From Chloropicon primus (Eukaryota), in NCBI GenBank assembly GCA_023205875.1, contig CP060754.1, positions 1,426,001-1,490,000 of the forward strand: a stretch of DNA of 64,000 nt, written 5' to 3'. The stretch's first letter is position 1, and the number at the start of each line of letters is the position of its first letter. Below, one piece after another: positions 1 to 10,384 of the stretch. The position numbers were made by a program, and so were the translations under genes. The notes beneath the pieces were generated by a model, which was not told where the DNA came from, searched no databases, and worked only from the letters and a program-made list of their open reading frames with translations.

Positions 1-1213
1 CAGGCCCCTCTTTCCCGGGAGCAGCGAGGCCGACGAGATTGTGAAGATGTGCAGCATCCTGGGAACGCCGACCCAGCAGGCCTGGTCAGAGGGCATTCGC
101 CTGGCTTCGAACATGTCGTTCAGGCTGCCGCAGTACGCCCCGGTCCCCCTGTCGAAGATCGTCACGGGTGCTGGACAGGAGGGTCTGGACCTCATCCAGT
201 CCTTGTGCGCGTGGGACCCCAACAAGCGGCCCACGTGCTCGCAAGCTTTGCAGATGCCTTTCTTCCAAGTAGGGCCGCAATCAGGGATAACATCGATCGC
301 GAACACGGAATCGAGTTACAGATCGCCGCAGAAAGAGGCTAGCAGCCAGCTTAGCAAGGGTCAAGCTAAGAACAATGTACACACTAAACAACAACAACAA
401 CAACCTCACCGGAGCAGGGCGCAGGTCGGCAACCACCAGGCTGCGGAGAAGAAACCCGTTTTGGACGAGAGGGAGAAGAGGGACAAGCAGGCAAAGCCGA
501 AGGTTGCTGCGACCCTGCACAAGGGCAGCACGGTTCACAAGGAGAACTCGTATCTGTCAAACCAAAGCAGGAATTACCCCATCAAGCTTCCGTACAACAA
601 TGGTTATGGCTTCAATCACGACCGGTCCAAGCAGCAACTGAAACCGATGGACGACCACTCCGGAGCTTCGGGAAGATCCAACTACAAGAGGCCAATGAAT
701 AACCTTGTGAAGCTTGGGCGTCACGAGCATGTCCACAGGCAACCCCGCGCTCACGCGCATGCTTTGAACAGGGCGGATGGAAAGATGCACCTGCGCTCTC
801 ACACCGAGAACAGCTACGATTCGCCGGGCCTGAAGAAGGCCTTGCCGCAGCCGCTCAGCCACACCTACCACGGGAAGATAGGGTCGGACGAGAAGTCCTA
901 CCCTGGCCAGCCAGGCAGCCTGCTCAAGAATTCAAGATACTGGCCAAGCAAGGTCCTTGCTGCGCCGAGAAATGCCGCGGGCCACAACCAGGTGAACCTC
1001 AAGCCATCGCAACCAAAGAAGCAGAACAACAACTATGACTTGCCTCCGGTGGCCAGCCACGGCATCTCCCACTGGGGGAAGGATAGGGGCGGCTTAGTTC
1101 CAAAGCAGAACCCGATGTCAAATAATAGGAATATGAACAACCACGGCCAGAGAGCTATCAACTATGGCCGGAGACGACATAATCACCGAGGCAACGTGGA
1201 TGGCTACGGATAA
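1..1213 (+). CDS. MAK/ICK/MHK-family CMGC Ser/Thr kinase, 3' part (5'-truncated by window)
   Basis: Frame open from the window start: RPLFPGSSEADEIVKMCSILGTP...WDPNKRPTCSQALQMPFF (kinase subdomains IX-XI, MAK-like), then a long disordered basic tail. Confidence 0.8.
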   Translation, partial: RPLFPGSSEADEIVKMCSILGTPTQQAWSEGIRLASNMSFRLPQYAPVPLSKIVTGAGQEGLDLIQSLCAWDPNKRPTCSQALQMPFFQVGPQSGITSIANTESSYRSPQKEASSQLSKGQAKNNVHTKQQQQQPHRSRAQVGNHQAAEKKPVLDEREKRDKQAKPKVAATLHKGSTVHKENSYLSNQSRNYPIKLPYNNGYGFNHDRSKQQLKPMDDHSGASGRSNYKRPMNNLVKLGRHEHVHRQPRAHAHALNRADGKMHLRSHTENSYDSPGLKKALPQPLSHTYHGKIGSDEKSYPGQPGSLLKNSRYWPSKVLAAPRNAAGHNQVNLKPSQPKKQNNNYDLPPVASHGISHWGKDRGGLVPKQNPMSNNRNMNNHGQRAINYGRRRHNHRGNVDGYG

Positions 1214-1349
1214 ATAAAGGAAGGTTGTGGTAAATATACATGAGTGTTGTTAAAACTTTTCACACACCGAATGTAATCCAGCATATCTAAAGAACCATAT
1301 GGTAAAGTGAGACACGCACGGATGTGATGCATCTCCCTGAACTGCTTGG

Positions 1350-4298
1350 CTAAAACTCGCTGAACCATTCCTCGCCGTGGTACGGCTCTATTGGGAAAGC
1401 GTAAAGGTATGGCTCTGGGATTTCCTTCAAGTTCTGCTTGATCACCTCTGGTGGTGGCAGAGATGCATCGATCAACCTTGTCCATGGGAACTCGGCGAAC
1501 CAAGGGTGCTCCTTGATGCCCCTGAGTCCATCGGCAGTGGAACCGAGTCTTTCGCTTGGATCCTTCGTCAGGAGCTTCTTGACCAGGTCCCGCGCATCCT
1601 CGCTGATGCCCTCAGGGAACGTGAACTCTCCAGCAGTGATCGCCTTGTAAATTTGCAGCTCATCGTTGCCAGAGAATGGCGTCTCTCCTGTCAAAAGGAA
1701 GAAGACCAGGACTCCAAAGGCCCACCAGTCAACAGACTCGGAGTGGCCCACGTTTTCTACAATTTCTGGTGCCAAAAACTCTGGGTCTCCACAGATCGTG
1801 TAAGTGTACTCGCCAGAGTTCTCCGCGGCATAGCGGAAGTCCGTCAGCTGCACGACGCCATCTCTAGTGACAATAATTGTCTCAGGAGACAACCCTCTGT
1901 AGATGACACCTGCCTTGTGCAAGTGGTCGATGGCGAGGGTGATGGATGCACATACAAATTTCGCTGCTTCTTCGTTGAAGGCCCCTGTCTTCTGGAGCAA
2001 GTCATCAAGGGTGCAATGGGCTCTGGTGTAAATCAGCTCGACAAGGACGTTCTTCGTCTTGTAGGACTTGACGACAGAAGGAACAAAGGTCGACGCTGGG
2101 ACACTGCGGACGATCTTGCGAGCCCTCATGACGTTCTTTTGCCTGCCCTGCTCGGTAGCTTTTTTGGTGGATGTCATCCTAGCGGTGTACTTCTCCTTGG
2201 TCTGGTTACTGAACATCAGGACCAGGGCGTCACAAGGATTCTCGTACACAGTTCCAATCGGCTCCAAGTCATCCAGGGCGAAGCTCGCCATGATTCTCAC
2301 GGATGGCCTCCTCAAGACAGCCTGCTTTCTGCTAGCTGTCTGCTCACGCCACTGCCTATCGGCATCTATGATCATCTTCAATGGCCCAAGAACCTCCTCG
2401 AAGACCTTCCTATTGATATGCAAGCACTCAACTGGCCCGACAGCTATCACGCTCGCAAGTCTCTTTGTGTTTGAAAGCAAAGCTCTCTCCCCAAAGTATT
2501 GGTTGGCACCCAGCTTCAGAACCTCCTTACCAGGATCGTTTGGATCGGCACCATCCTTCCTGATTTTGCACACCACGTCACCAGATCTGATGATGTAAAA
2601 CTCGTCACCATCCTCTCCTTGGCGAATGATGAACTCGCCATCTTCGTACTTGGTGCTGTTCATCGTGTCAGCGAGGCGCTGCAACTGCCCGATAGTACAC
2701 GACTGCAAGATCTCCACGCTTCTAAGAGTCTGAAGGAGGACCTTGGGGTCCTTCCTTTGAAGAATGTGCCTAAAGAATCGCCTGTGGAGCTTCCACAAAA
2801 TTCCCTTGGTCTTACCCACGACAGAGGCCGCACGAGGCTTGCCGTAAAGCAAAGCAAGCTCACCAAAGCAAGGGTTCGCACCACTCTTTGTGGTGTACGT
2901 ATGCACCAAGTGGGGTGGGCTATCGCCGTGCTGCACGAAAACATCGTACTCTCCGCTCTGAACGATGTAGAAATAATCTCCTCTCTCCCCCTGCTGGATG
3001 ACCGTCTGCCCGGCCTTGACATCCTCCTTCTCCATGACGTCGTAGATGATCTGCTTCTGCTCCTCCTTAATGTGAGAGAACAAGAAGTTCGCCCTGACGG
3101 CCAAGGTGATGCACTCCAACTCGCTCTTGGTCTTTGGCACCTTGACGATCTCCAGCTCGTCCCAGTCCTCTTCCTCATCCTCCTCGTTGCTCCTTCCCAT
3201 CTCCTGCTCGATGAGCTTTCTCTTCTCCTTGGCAAGGGCACGCCTCACAGGTCTGTTCGCGTTCGTCATCACAGCACCGCTGGTTTCCCGGTCCTCTCCC
3301 TTGTTCTTGGCATCCTTGTCCCATTCCAAAAAGGCAATGATGATCGTGATGTCATCCGTTCTCGTGTCGTATTGAAGCCACTGCCTGTAGGACTCCTCCA
3401 CGATCGCGTAGGCTGCCTCCTGTGGGTCAGTGTACTCAAGGGCCATGTCCAACACCGTCTGAGAGGAAAGGAACTCGAAGACACCGTCACTGGCAACAAT
3501 GAGCGCTTTGCAGTTGGGATCGAGCTTCCTCGAGAAAACCTCAGGCTCCGCACAGACACCCAGCTTCTCCGCCACGAAATCGCCAATGCTCCTCGTGAAA
3601 GCGGTTCCTGGAGCGTTGCTGTAAGGGGCCCAGATTCTTGGCGGGTCTCCACCGTCTCCCTCCTCAGTACCCCAGCAGTCGATGTCAGGATCCTTCAAGC
3701 CCTCAATCTGGTCAAGTGTCTGCACCCTCGCACCAGCCTTTCTGACTCTGACAAGCTCGTCTGGCCTGTACGGGGTCTGATCGTGCGACAAATCGTGAGA
3801 GATGATGTGCCCGTTGTTGTACTCCCCGATGATGGCTCTCGAGTCACCGACGTTGGCGACCGTCATATCAATGCCGTTCAAGTAGACGGTGATGGCAGTC
3901 GTGCCACTCAGAGAGTCATCAATTGGGTGCTTGTGCAGCTGGGCATTCGTCTCCACGAAACACCTCTCGTGGGCGGTGATGTCGTCCTTTCCGCTCAGCA
4001 AGTGCTTCTGAAGAAGCCTCGGAATTTGCTGCTGGGCAAACTTAGAGCAGGCCGTTCCCATCTCCCCGTGACCGTCGAAGACTCCAAAGAACATTCTCTG
4101 GGTCTTCTGGCAAAAGTTGGGCAACAAGCATGAGGAGTCCTGATTGAGCTTATTCAAGTTATCTGGATAGTAACCCCTCTGGCTCACGTATGCCACCTTC
4201 ATCGTCAAGCCATGACTAGGAAAGTGATGGAGTTCCGTCTCCTTCGATGCTTCCACTCGAGGAGGCGTCTTTTTAGCCGACCTCCTGAAGAGTGGCAT
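1350..4298 (-). CDS. Protein phosphatase 2C + two cyclic-nucleotide-binding domains + kinase-like domain protein
   Basis: PP2C motifs FGVFDGHG, NVGDSR, ASDGVFEF, DDIT; two cNMP domains (FGELALLYGKPRAASV, FGERALLSNTKRLASV); C-terminal AGC-like kinase with degenerate YRGLSPE/DFR. Confidence 0.93.
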   Translation of the reverse strand: MPLFRRSAKKTPPRVEASKETELHHFPSHGLTMKVAYVSQRGYYPDNLNKLNQDSSCLLPNFCQKTQRMFFGVFDGHGEMGTACSKFAQQQIPRLLQKHLLSGKDDITAHERCFVETNAQLHKHPIDDSLSGTTAITVYLNGIDMTVANVGDSRAIIGEYNNGHIISHDLSHDQTPYRPDELVRVRKAGARVQTLDQIEGLKDPDIDCWGTEEGDGGDPPRIWAPYSNAPGTAFTRSIGDFVAEKLGVCAEPEVFSRKLDPNCKALIVASDGVFEFLSSQTVLDMALEYTDPQEAAYAIVEESYRQWLQYDTRTDDITIIIAFLEWDKDAKNKGEDRETSGAVMTNANRPVRRALAKEKRKLIEQEMGRSNEEDEEEDWDELEIVKVPKTKSELECITLAVRANFLFSHIKEEQKQIIYDVMEKEDVKAGQTVIQQGERGDYFYIVQSGEYDVFVQHGDSPPHLVHTYTTKSGANPCFGELALLYGKPRAASVVGKTKGILWKLHRRFFRHILQRKDPKVLLQTLRSVEILQSCTIGQLQRLADTMNSTKYEDGEFIIRQGEDGDEFYIIRSGDVVCKIRKDGADPNDPGKEVLKLGANQYFGERALLSNTKRLASVIAVGPVECLHINRKVFEEVLGPLKMIIDADRQWREQTASRKQAVLRRPSVRIMASFALDDLEPIGTVYENPCDALVLMFSNQTKEKYTARMTSTKKATEQGRQKNVMRARKIVRSVPASTFVPSVVKSYKTKNVLVELIYTRAHCTLDDLLQKTGAFNEEAAKFVCASITLAIDHLHKAGVIYRGLSPETIIVTRDGVVQLTDFRYAAENSGEYTYTICGDPEFLAPEIVENVGHSESVDWWAFGVLVFFLLTGETPFSGNDELQIYKAITAGEFTFPEGISEDARDLVKKLLTKDPSERLGSTADGLRGIKEHPWFAEFPWTRLIDASLPPPEVIKQNLKEIPEPYLYAFPIEPYHGEEWFSEF

Positions 4299-5895
4299 CG
4301 AAATGCAGCAATTCGAAGTTATTTTGACTGTTTTCTGAGACCAAACTTGTAGAAAATGTTCGCGAACAACCCCTCTTCTAGCTTCACCTCAAGCTAGTAG
4401 AAGTCTGAATCGCTTGGACGGGAGGAGTACTTCCCGTGACCTAGACGCGTCTCAAACGGAATCAATCCAAACAAATCAGCGGCACCTAATGAGCAGCTTT
4501 CCCGGGCATACCCTTTCCGCTTCCGCCGACCTTCCCCTCCCCCCCTTGAACTTTTTTTCACGCACACTACACACACACCCCCCACACACACTAGAGCCGC
4601 AAGATAATATTCCAAAGAAAGTATCACCTTTGCATTGATCCCTTGTCCGCTTCAAGCTCCGTCTCCCTCTCAAGTCTTTTGAGTCCCACAAAAGCACACA
4701 CCCACAAGGTTCTGGAAAAAAAACGTGTTCAAGTCCAAACTGTCCAAAGTAGGTTCAAAGGAGCAAACCTCAAACCTCAAATTCACTTGAGGGCAGCCTG
4801 TAAAACCTCTTTGGCGGTGGTGTAACCGTGCGGCGCGGTCTTCTTCCTCCAGACCCTAACACCCTCTTGCCCTCTTCCTCTTCAGTCTGCAAAACTTTGC
4901 CTCGTCGTTCACAAGGCTGCGTGGTCGTACCGCAAAGGCAAAGGTAAGTTTGCGTCTTTGCAAAGTCTTGTGCTCACCAAGAGCTTCTCTCCAGCCAAGG
5001 CTTCCCCAGGAACTTTACGTCCGATTGACGGGAAAGAAGAACAAGAACAAGAGGAAAGAACAAGAACAAGAACAAGAGAGAGAGAGAGAGAGAGAGGGAG
5101 GGAGGGAGAGAGAAGAGGGAGAAGGGAACAAAGAAGGGGAAGGAGACCGTCCTCCGGTCACATCACCGCAGACTGGTTTTGGTTTTCTTTGAGGGGGGGT
5201 CGGAGGGGGGGAGGAAGGATTAAGGTATTTACTAGCGACAGCTGGGCACACAAGAGCGAGGACAGGATGGACAGGTTGGCAGAGACCTTCCTCGTGCCTC
5301 GTGAACAAGGGATTACTAGTCCTCGCACCCCAAGAGAGCAAGAGAGAGAGAGGGAGAGAGATGCATTCCAAGGATCCTTGTGACACAACGGAGGCAACAA
5401 CAAGAACAACAAGAGAGAGAGAGTCTCCTTCCAGAACAAGCCGAGCTCTTGAGCCGCCACTGGCCCTTTCTTGTAAGTTCTCGGCCTCGACGCCCCTCGA
5501 CGCTAGTTCCAAATTTCGTTTTACTACTTGAAACAAAGTTTTTTCTGATTGGAAAGCACCAGGACAGACAAGACAGGGGGAGCGGAGAGGCCAGGAAGCG
5601 AAGGGGAGAAGGGTACCGCGCGTCACAGAGGTGTCGAGGAGGCACGAGGGACAGATCAAAAGGTTTATCATCTCTTCTTGAACCTCTCTCCAAGTTTTCT
5701 CCGGAGAAGGTTCACGGGAAGATCGTCGAAAACGCCTCAAGGTTGCGACCTCTCCATCCTCGTCTCGTCTCGTCGTGGGTGAGGTGGAAGGGGTACCAGG
5801 GCGTTGAGGTGGAAGGGAGAGGCGGCGACCGAGGCGGAGTGGAGTCACGAGCCAGGAGATTGATTACCCCTCGCCCTCCCCATGGAGTGAGAGAC

Positions 5896-6636
5896 ATGTT
5901 CGCGGCAGCGTTTACGACGTCAGGGAGCGGAGGGGGCGTGCGTTATGGGTTCTACTTTGCTCCCTTCCTCACCTTGCTCCCTGTTTTGTTCTGCTTGCTG
6001 TCGATGAAGGAGTTTGCGGTGATAGGGAAGGGCGTCGGATTCCTCGCAGTGATAGCGGTCTTCGTGCTGACCATCAAGGCGGTGGCCGGGGAGGCGGGGG
6101 GGGACGCTCTGGACGACGTTCTGCGGCTCTTCGTGTCGCCAGGTGGCTCCGGGTCCTTCTTCACGAGGGACTTTTTCGGCCTGAGGAACTCGAGGAGGCG
6201 GGGGCGAGGGAGCGAGCAGACGCGGAAGAGGGCCGAAAGGTTCGACAAAGTCGCCGAGACTCTGCAGAAGCTGGATACGTGCGTGTACGAGGACCGGGAG
6301 GCTCTCGGAGCCTTGAGCGTTTCCGAGCTGAAGAGGCGACTTCGGGCGCAGACTTGCTGCACGGACAAGGGTGCGGGCGAGATATCGAAGAGAAGGAGGA
6401 AGGGCCTGCTCGTGGAAAAGTCTGACCTCGTGGAGAAGATCCTCGAGAAGAGCGGGACGAGCGGGACGATGTGTGTCATCTGTTACTCGGAGTACGAGAA
6501 CGGGGACGTGCAGAGAATTCTTGCCTGCGGGCACCGGTTCCACATCGAGTGCGTCGATCAGTGGATCCTGAAAGCGGCGAGGGAGTACTCGAAACCCCCG
6601 GGCTGCCCCATGTGCAACCAGCCGGTGGTAGAGTAA
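5896..6636 (+). CDS. Membrane-anchored RING-H2 E3 ubiquitin ligase
   Basis: First ATG at 5896; two hydrophobic segments; CVIC...CGHRFHIECVDQW...CPMC. Confidence 0.8.
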   Translation: MFAAAFTTSGSGGGVRYGFYFAPFLTLLPVLFCLLSMKEFAVIGKGVGFLAVIAVFVLTIKAVAGEAGGDALDDVLRLFVSPGGSGSFFTRDFFGLRNSRRRGRGSEQTRKRAERFDKVAETLQKLDTCVYEDREALGALSVSELKRRLRAQTCCTDKGAGEISKRRRKGLLVEKSDLVEKILEKSGTSGTMCVICYSEYENGDVQRILACGHRFHIECVDQWILKAAREYSKPPGCPMCNQPVVE

Positions 6637-6762
6637 ACTATTTCTTGTACAACATAGCGCAAAACAAGTTTTTTGTAACTAGAATTGTGATGTATCATTA
6701 TGTTTGGAAATTATTACAAAAGGGAGAAGTTTTTAGGTACGTCTGTTGCTGGACCTAACTAC

Positions 6763-9720
6763 CTACTCTTGGTAGTCTGGGTTGTCCTTGATCACGACAA
6801 AGCCCTCGTTCACGGGGGACATGCTGACGTATTTCTCGGTCGCTAGCTCCATCCTCTCCCCCACTCCCAGGAGGACAGGAGAGTTGTGAGTCTGGAACCC
6901 TGTGATGTTCTTGGGTTTGCCCGCCTGTCCAACAACGTCCACCGCCGTTCCAACGTGACAGGACACTGGCTGGTGCTTGAGCTTGTCGTTGTCCTCCTCC
7001 TTCTTGAGCGTCACAACGAAGCGAGGTCGGATCGCTGGGACGAGGAGGTAAAGCAGGTAGTGGCCACTTCCAAGGATGCTCTCTTTCATGTCCGAGCAGA
7101 TGAACATGAAAGAAGCGATGCAGGACAGGGCGACTTGGGACAGAAGAGTCTTGTCTGCCCTCCCTGGGGCCAAAGTCATCAAACCCTTACCCAAGTGCAA
7201 GAGGCCCTGGCTGCACCTGACAATGAAGAGACTCTGGCTATCCTTGCAGTAGAAGCCCGACAGAGCCCTCAGCATGGAGGCAATCCTAGCGTGATTGGTC
7301 CCTGCACCCATCAACCCCAGGGCCAAGATTGCGTTGTGGGCAACCTCCATCTCCGAGTCGTGAGTCAGGCGCCCCAGGGTGTCCAAGAGCGCCACTTCAG
7401 GGTCACTCATGTGCAGAAGCGCATAGGCAAGAGGAACAGCCTTCCTGGCAGACTTGTTGCCGTATTGGAGTATGTGCTCCAAGTTTCTGTGGGCCATCTC
7501 CATGCCAACGTCTTCGGCCAAAGCTATCAGCGCAACCGCAAGCACAGAGACAAAGTTGGTTTCCCCGTCACACTGGTCTTTCTTCTTGTTGTCTTCCTTC
7601 TCAGAAGAGGACTCTTTTTCCCCTGGGTTTGCTTTCTCAGGTGGCTGACACAACTCCGACACCATAGCAAGCATTTGCTGGACCTTGAGCACGTTCCCTG
7701 TACCAGCGTAGGCCATGGTCTCCACCACGACCGTGCAATACTGAGAAACGTCCTTGTCAAAGGTCTTGATGACCTCAAGAACTGCGTCCACTTCATCCCC
7801 CTTTCCCACAAAGAGAAGGCCCAACCCGATGCACAAAAATCTTGCTCCAAGCTTGTGAGCGGGAAGCTCGCTTCCCCTCATCATCAGAACCTGCAACAGA
7901 GTCTGAATCGCGTCGTCGTTTGCAGTTCCCGCGTGAATGAGTCCGAGCGAGAGGCCAGCGGCTCCTATGATCTCCGAGTTGTGGGTATCGTCTGTGATTA
8001 TTGGTACAAGCAACTCTGTGACTGCTGGCCTTGGGTTGCCAGCGTAAGCAAGACCAAGCCCCATGATCGCGGCGATTCTGGTTGCCATGGTTCCCGGAGC
8101 CACATCGCCCTCCTCAAAGCTCAGGTGCTCGGCAAGCAGAGCCAGTGCTGGGTCGCAGTCAGACTGCGTTCCCGCGCAAGTGACACCAACCGCAAGCAAT
8201 GCCCCGGCCAAAATATTGGTATCCTTACTGTACAAATACTTGTCTACCATGGGTAGCCCTCCGTCAATGTCCCACAAGGAGATCAAACCAATGCTTGCGG
8301 TAGCACTGATCTTGCCGTGGTCCTTGTTCTTGAAAATAAGGTTACTCTTGCTCATGTTTGCGCTGGCATCCTCCTCAGGGTCGCAGACAAGCTTGTCCTT
8401 GCAGAACCCTGCGTTCACAAAGCCGTTGACGAACGCGTTGGCAAGGTGCTGCCTCGCAGTGTCGATCGCTCCTGCTCCCCTGGACTCCACCAGGTGCTGC
8501 TTGAAGACGTCCTCTGGAGTCTTCGCCTCCACGACGTCCAAGTCACGAGCGACGTTGATGAAGTGCTCACTGAGTCTAGAGTTGCTGACGATCTCCTCCA
8601 AGGTCTCTTTCGCGTCGCTGTCCTCCATCTCTTCGATGACCTCCGTCAAGTCCGCGCCGTGGTTGGCTCCCACCGCGACGTAGGCGATCTGACACTTGAG
8701 CACAAAGGCGTCCTCCTTGAGGCCGTCGCAAGCCTTGAAGCTTTCCCGAAGCTTGCCCACGTCATTGAGCTTGATCGCGACGATGCTCGCATCGGGATAC
8801 TGCTTCACCTGAGTGTAGAGCTTGTACGCGCACTCCAAGACCATCCTGTCCTCCGGGGGAGGCAGGAAATGGCACGAAGAGAGCAGATAGAGGCACACTC
8901 TTCCGTAGTTGTGCTCGTCAATGTGCTGCCCCAACTTCTCGAGGTGCTCAACCTCAAGGAGCAAGTCCACGGCGTCGGGCTCGCAAGAGTGCTTCAGCTG
9001 GAAGGGGACGATGGAGTCCACCAGGTGCTCGAGGGAGCTTCGGTCCACCACCTTTTGGTATTCCACTGCGCTCGGCGCGTCAGCGTCCTTCGCGGCGACT
9101 TCGTCCCTCTTCCCCTTCTCCCTGTCCTCCAGGGAGTGCCAGGCCCTGGTCACCTCCCCCATGAGGCTCCTTGCGTACTCCTGCCCCCAAGGATCTAAGT
9201 CGATCAGCTTGTCCTTGGTGGGTAGATCACCCTCCGCGTTGGCCGAACCTTCGAGACGAAACTTGAGGCTCTCGCACGCCTCCTCTCCCGCGTCGCTGTA
9301 CGCCATCGCCACCACGGACAACACGTCCGCAAACATTCTGACATCCTTCTCCGTCAGGGAGGACTCCGTCACGACCCCCTTGGCCTCCTTCTCCTTGACG
9401 TAACCATGCTTCAGCCTCGCGTAGTGTCTTCCCAAAAACTTGAGAGCCTTCGGGATCGCAGCAACCGTCGCGGACGCCATCCTCACCTCCTTCCGGAGCT
9501 CCTCGATCGCACTCCGACGCTGCCCTTGCGTCGGCAAGGGCGCCGTCTCGAACTTGGGCTCCCCTATCGCCGTCCCCACCAAACTATCCAAGTGCTGCTG
9601 AAGCTCGAGATCTTCTTCCGACAAGGTCGTCTCCTCACTCTCCTTCTTCTTCTTCCCCTCGGAAGAAGTTTCCGACGACGACATCTTCTTCGCCGCACCA
9701 GCCTTCTCGTCCTCCGTCAT
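6763..9720 (-). CDS. RPN1: 26S proteasome regulatory subunit RPN1/PSMD2
   Basis: IPKALKFL, KTPEDVFKQHL, GAGTNHARIA, VDVVGQAGKPKNITGFQTH motifs; first ATG at 9720. Confidence 0.96.
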   Translation of the reverse strand: MTEDEKAGAAKKMSSSETSSEGKKKKESEETTLSEEDLELQQHLDSLVGTAIGEPKFETAPLPTQGQRRSAIEELRKEVRMASATVAAIPKALKFLGRHYARLKHGYVKEKEAKGVVTESSLTEKDVRMFADVLSVVAMAYSDAGEEACESLKFRLEGSANAEGDLPTKDKLIDLDPWGQEYARSLMGEVTRAWHSLEDREKGKRDEVAAKDADAPSAVEYQKVVDRSSLEHLVDSIVPFQLKHSCEPDAVDLLLEVEHLEKLGQHIDEHNYGRVCLYLLSSCHFLPPPEDRMVLECAYKLYTQVKQYPDASIVAIKLNDVGKLRESFKACDGLKEDAFVLKCQIAYVAVGANHGADLTEVIEEMEDSDAKETLEEIVSNSRLSEHFINVARDLDVVEAKTPEDVFKQHLVESRGAGAIDTARQHLANAFVNGFVNAGFCKDKLVCDPEEDASANMSKSNLIFKNKDHGKISATASIGLISLWDIDGGLPMVDKYLYSKDTNILAGALLAVGVTCAGTQSDCDPALALLAEHLSFEEGDVAPGTMATRIAAIMGLGLAYAGNPRPAVTELLVPIITDDTHNSEIIGAAGLSLGLIHAGTANDDAIQTLLQVLMMRGSELPAHKLGARFLCIGLGLLFVGKGDEVDAVLEVIKTFDKDVSQYCTVVVETMAYAGTGNVLKVQQMLAMVSELCQPPEKANPGEKESSSEKEDNKKKDQCDGETNFVSVLAVALIALAEDVGMEMAHRNLEHILQYGNKSARKAVPLAYALLHMSDPEVALLDTLGRLTHDSEMEVAHNAILALGLMGAGTNHARIASMLRALSGFYCKDSQSLFIVRCSQGLLHLGKGLMTLAPGRADKTLLSQVALSCIASFMFICSDMKESILGSGHYLLYLLVPAIRPRFVVTLKKEEDNDKLKHQPVSCHVGTAVDVVGQAGKPKNITGFQTHNSPVLLGVGERMELATEKYVSMSPVNEGFVVIKDNPDYQE

Positions 9721-9869
9721 GGAACTTCCCTTCACCTCCTTCTCCTTCCTCCCGCTCGTCGTGTTCGTCCCCTCTCACCTCACCTCACGATCGATCGCGC
9801 GCGCCGATCGCTTCTCCTCTCCCCTGATTTTTCAAACCCGGCGCGGGGGGGTTCACCACTGGACAGGAA

Positions 9870-10196
9870 AGGGACGAGAGGGGTGGAAGGCCTTGGGTTT
9901 GGAAGGCGCTGGAGGGCGAGGTCGGGGGGGAGGGGGACGAAGAGGGAGTCCAGGTGAAACCTTGTGTCGCGATCTTTCGAACGGTGCCTCTCTTGAAGGA
10001 TTTCAGGCCAGGGGAGTGAACTCAAGCCAAACGAAACAAGTGTCAGGGACAGGGACGAGAGGGGTGGAAGGCCTTGGGTTTGGAAGGCGCTGGAGGGCGA
10101 GATCGGGGGGTAGGGGGACGACGAGGGAGTCCAGGTGAAACCTTGTGTCGCGATCTTTCGAACGGTGCCTCTCTTGAAAAATTTCAGGCCAGGGGG
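9870..10196. repeat. Direct duplication of ~145 bp, copies 181 bp apart, in a divergent promoter
   Basis: 9870-10014 and 10051-10196 are near-identical (agggacgagaggggtggaaggcc...gatctttcgaacggtgcctctcttgaa...tttcaggccagggg). Confidence 0.95.
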
Positions 10197-10384
10197 AGGC
10201 ACACAACAAGCTGGAGCTCCAGGATGTATGTGTGTGTGTGTGTGTGTGTGGAGTTTGTTTGATTGATTTGGATTCTGTAACGAGGTGGTCCCGCCGCAGC
10301 GTGTCCGTCCGAAGGATGCTTGAGTGGAGAGGAACCTGACCGTGCTGTGCTGTGAACACCGAACACAGGTCGGTCCGTTGAGGT

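Noticed and set aside
5380..5895. Upstream extension of the RING ORF and other ORFs in 4300-5900
   Set aside because: Non-ATG start and low-complexity, microsatellite-rich sequence; more likely UTR or promoter
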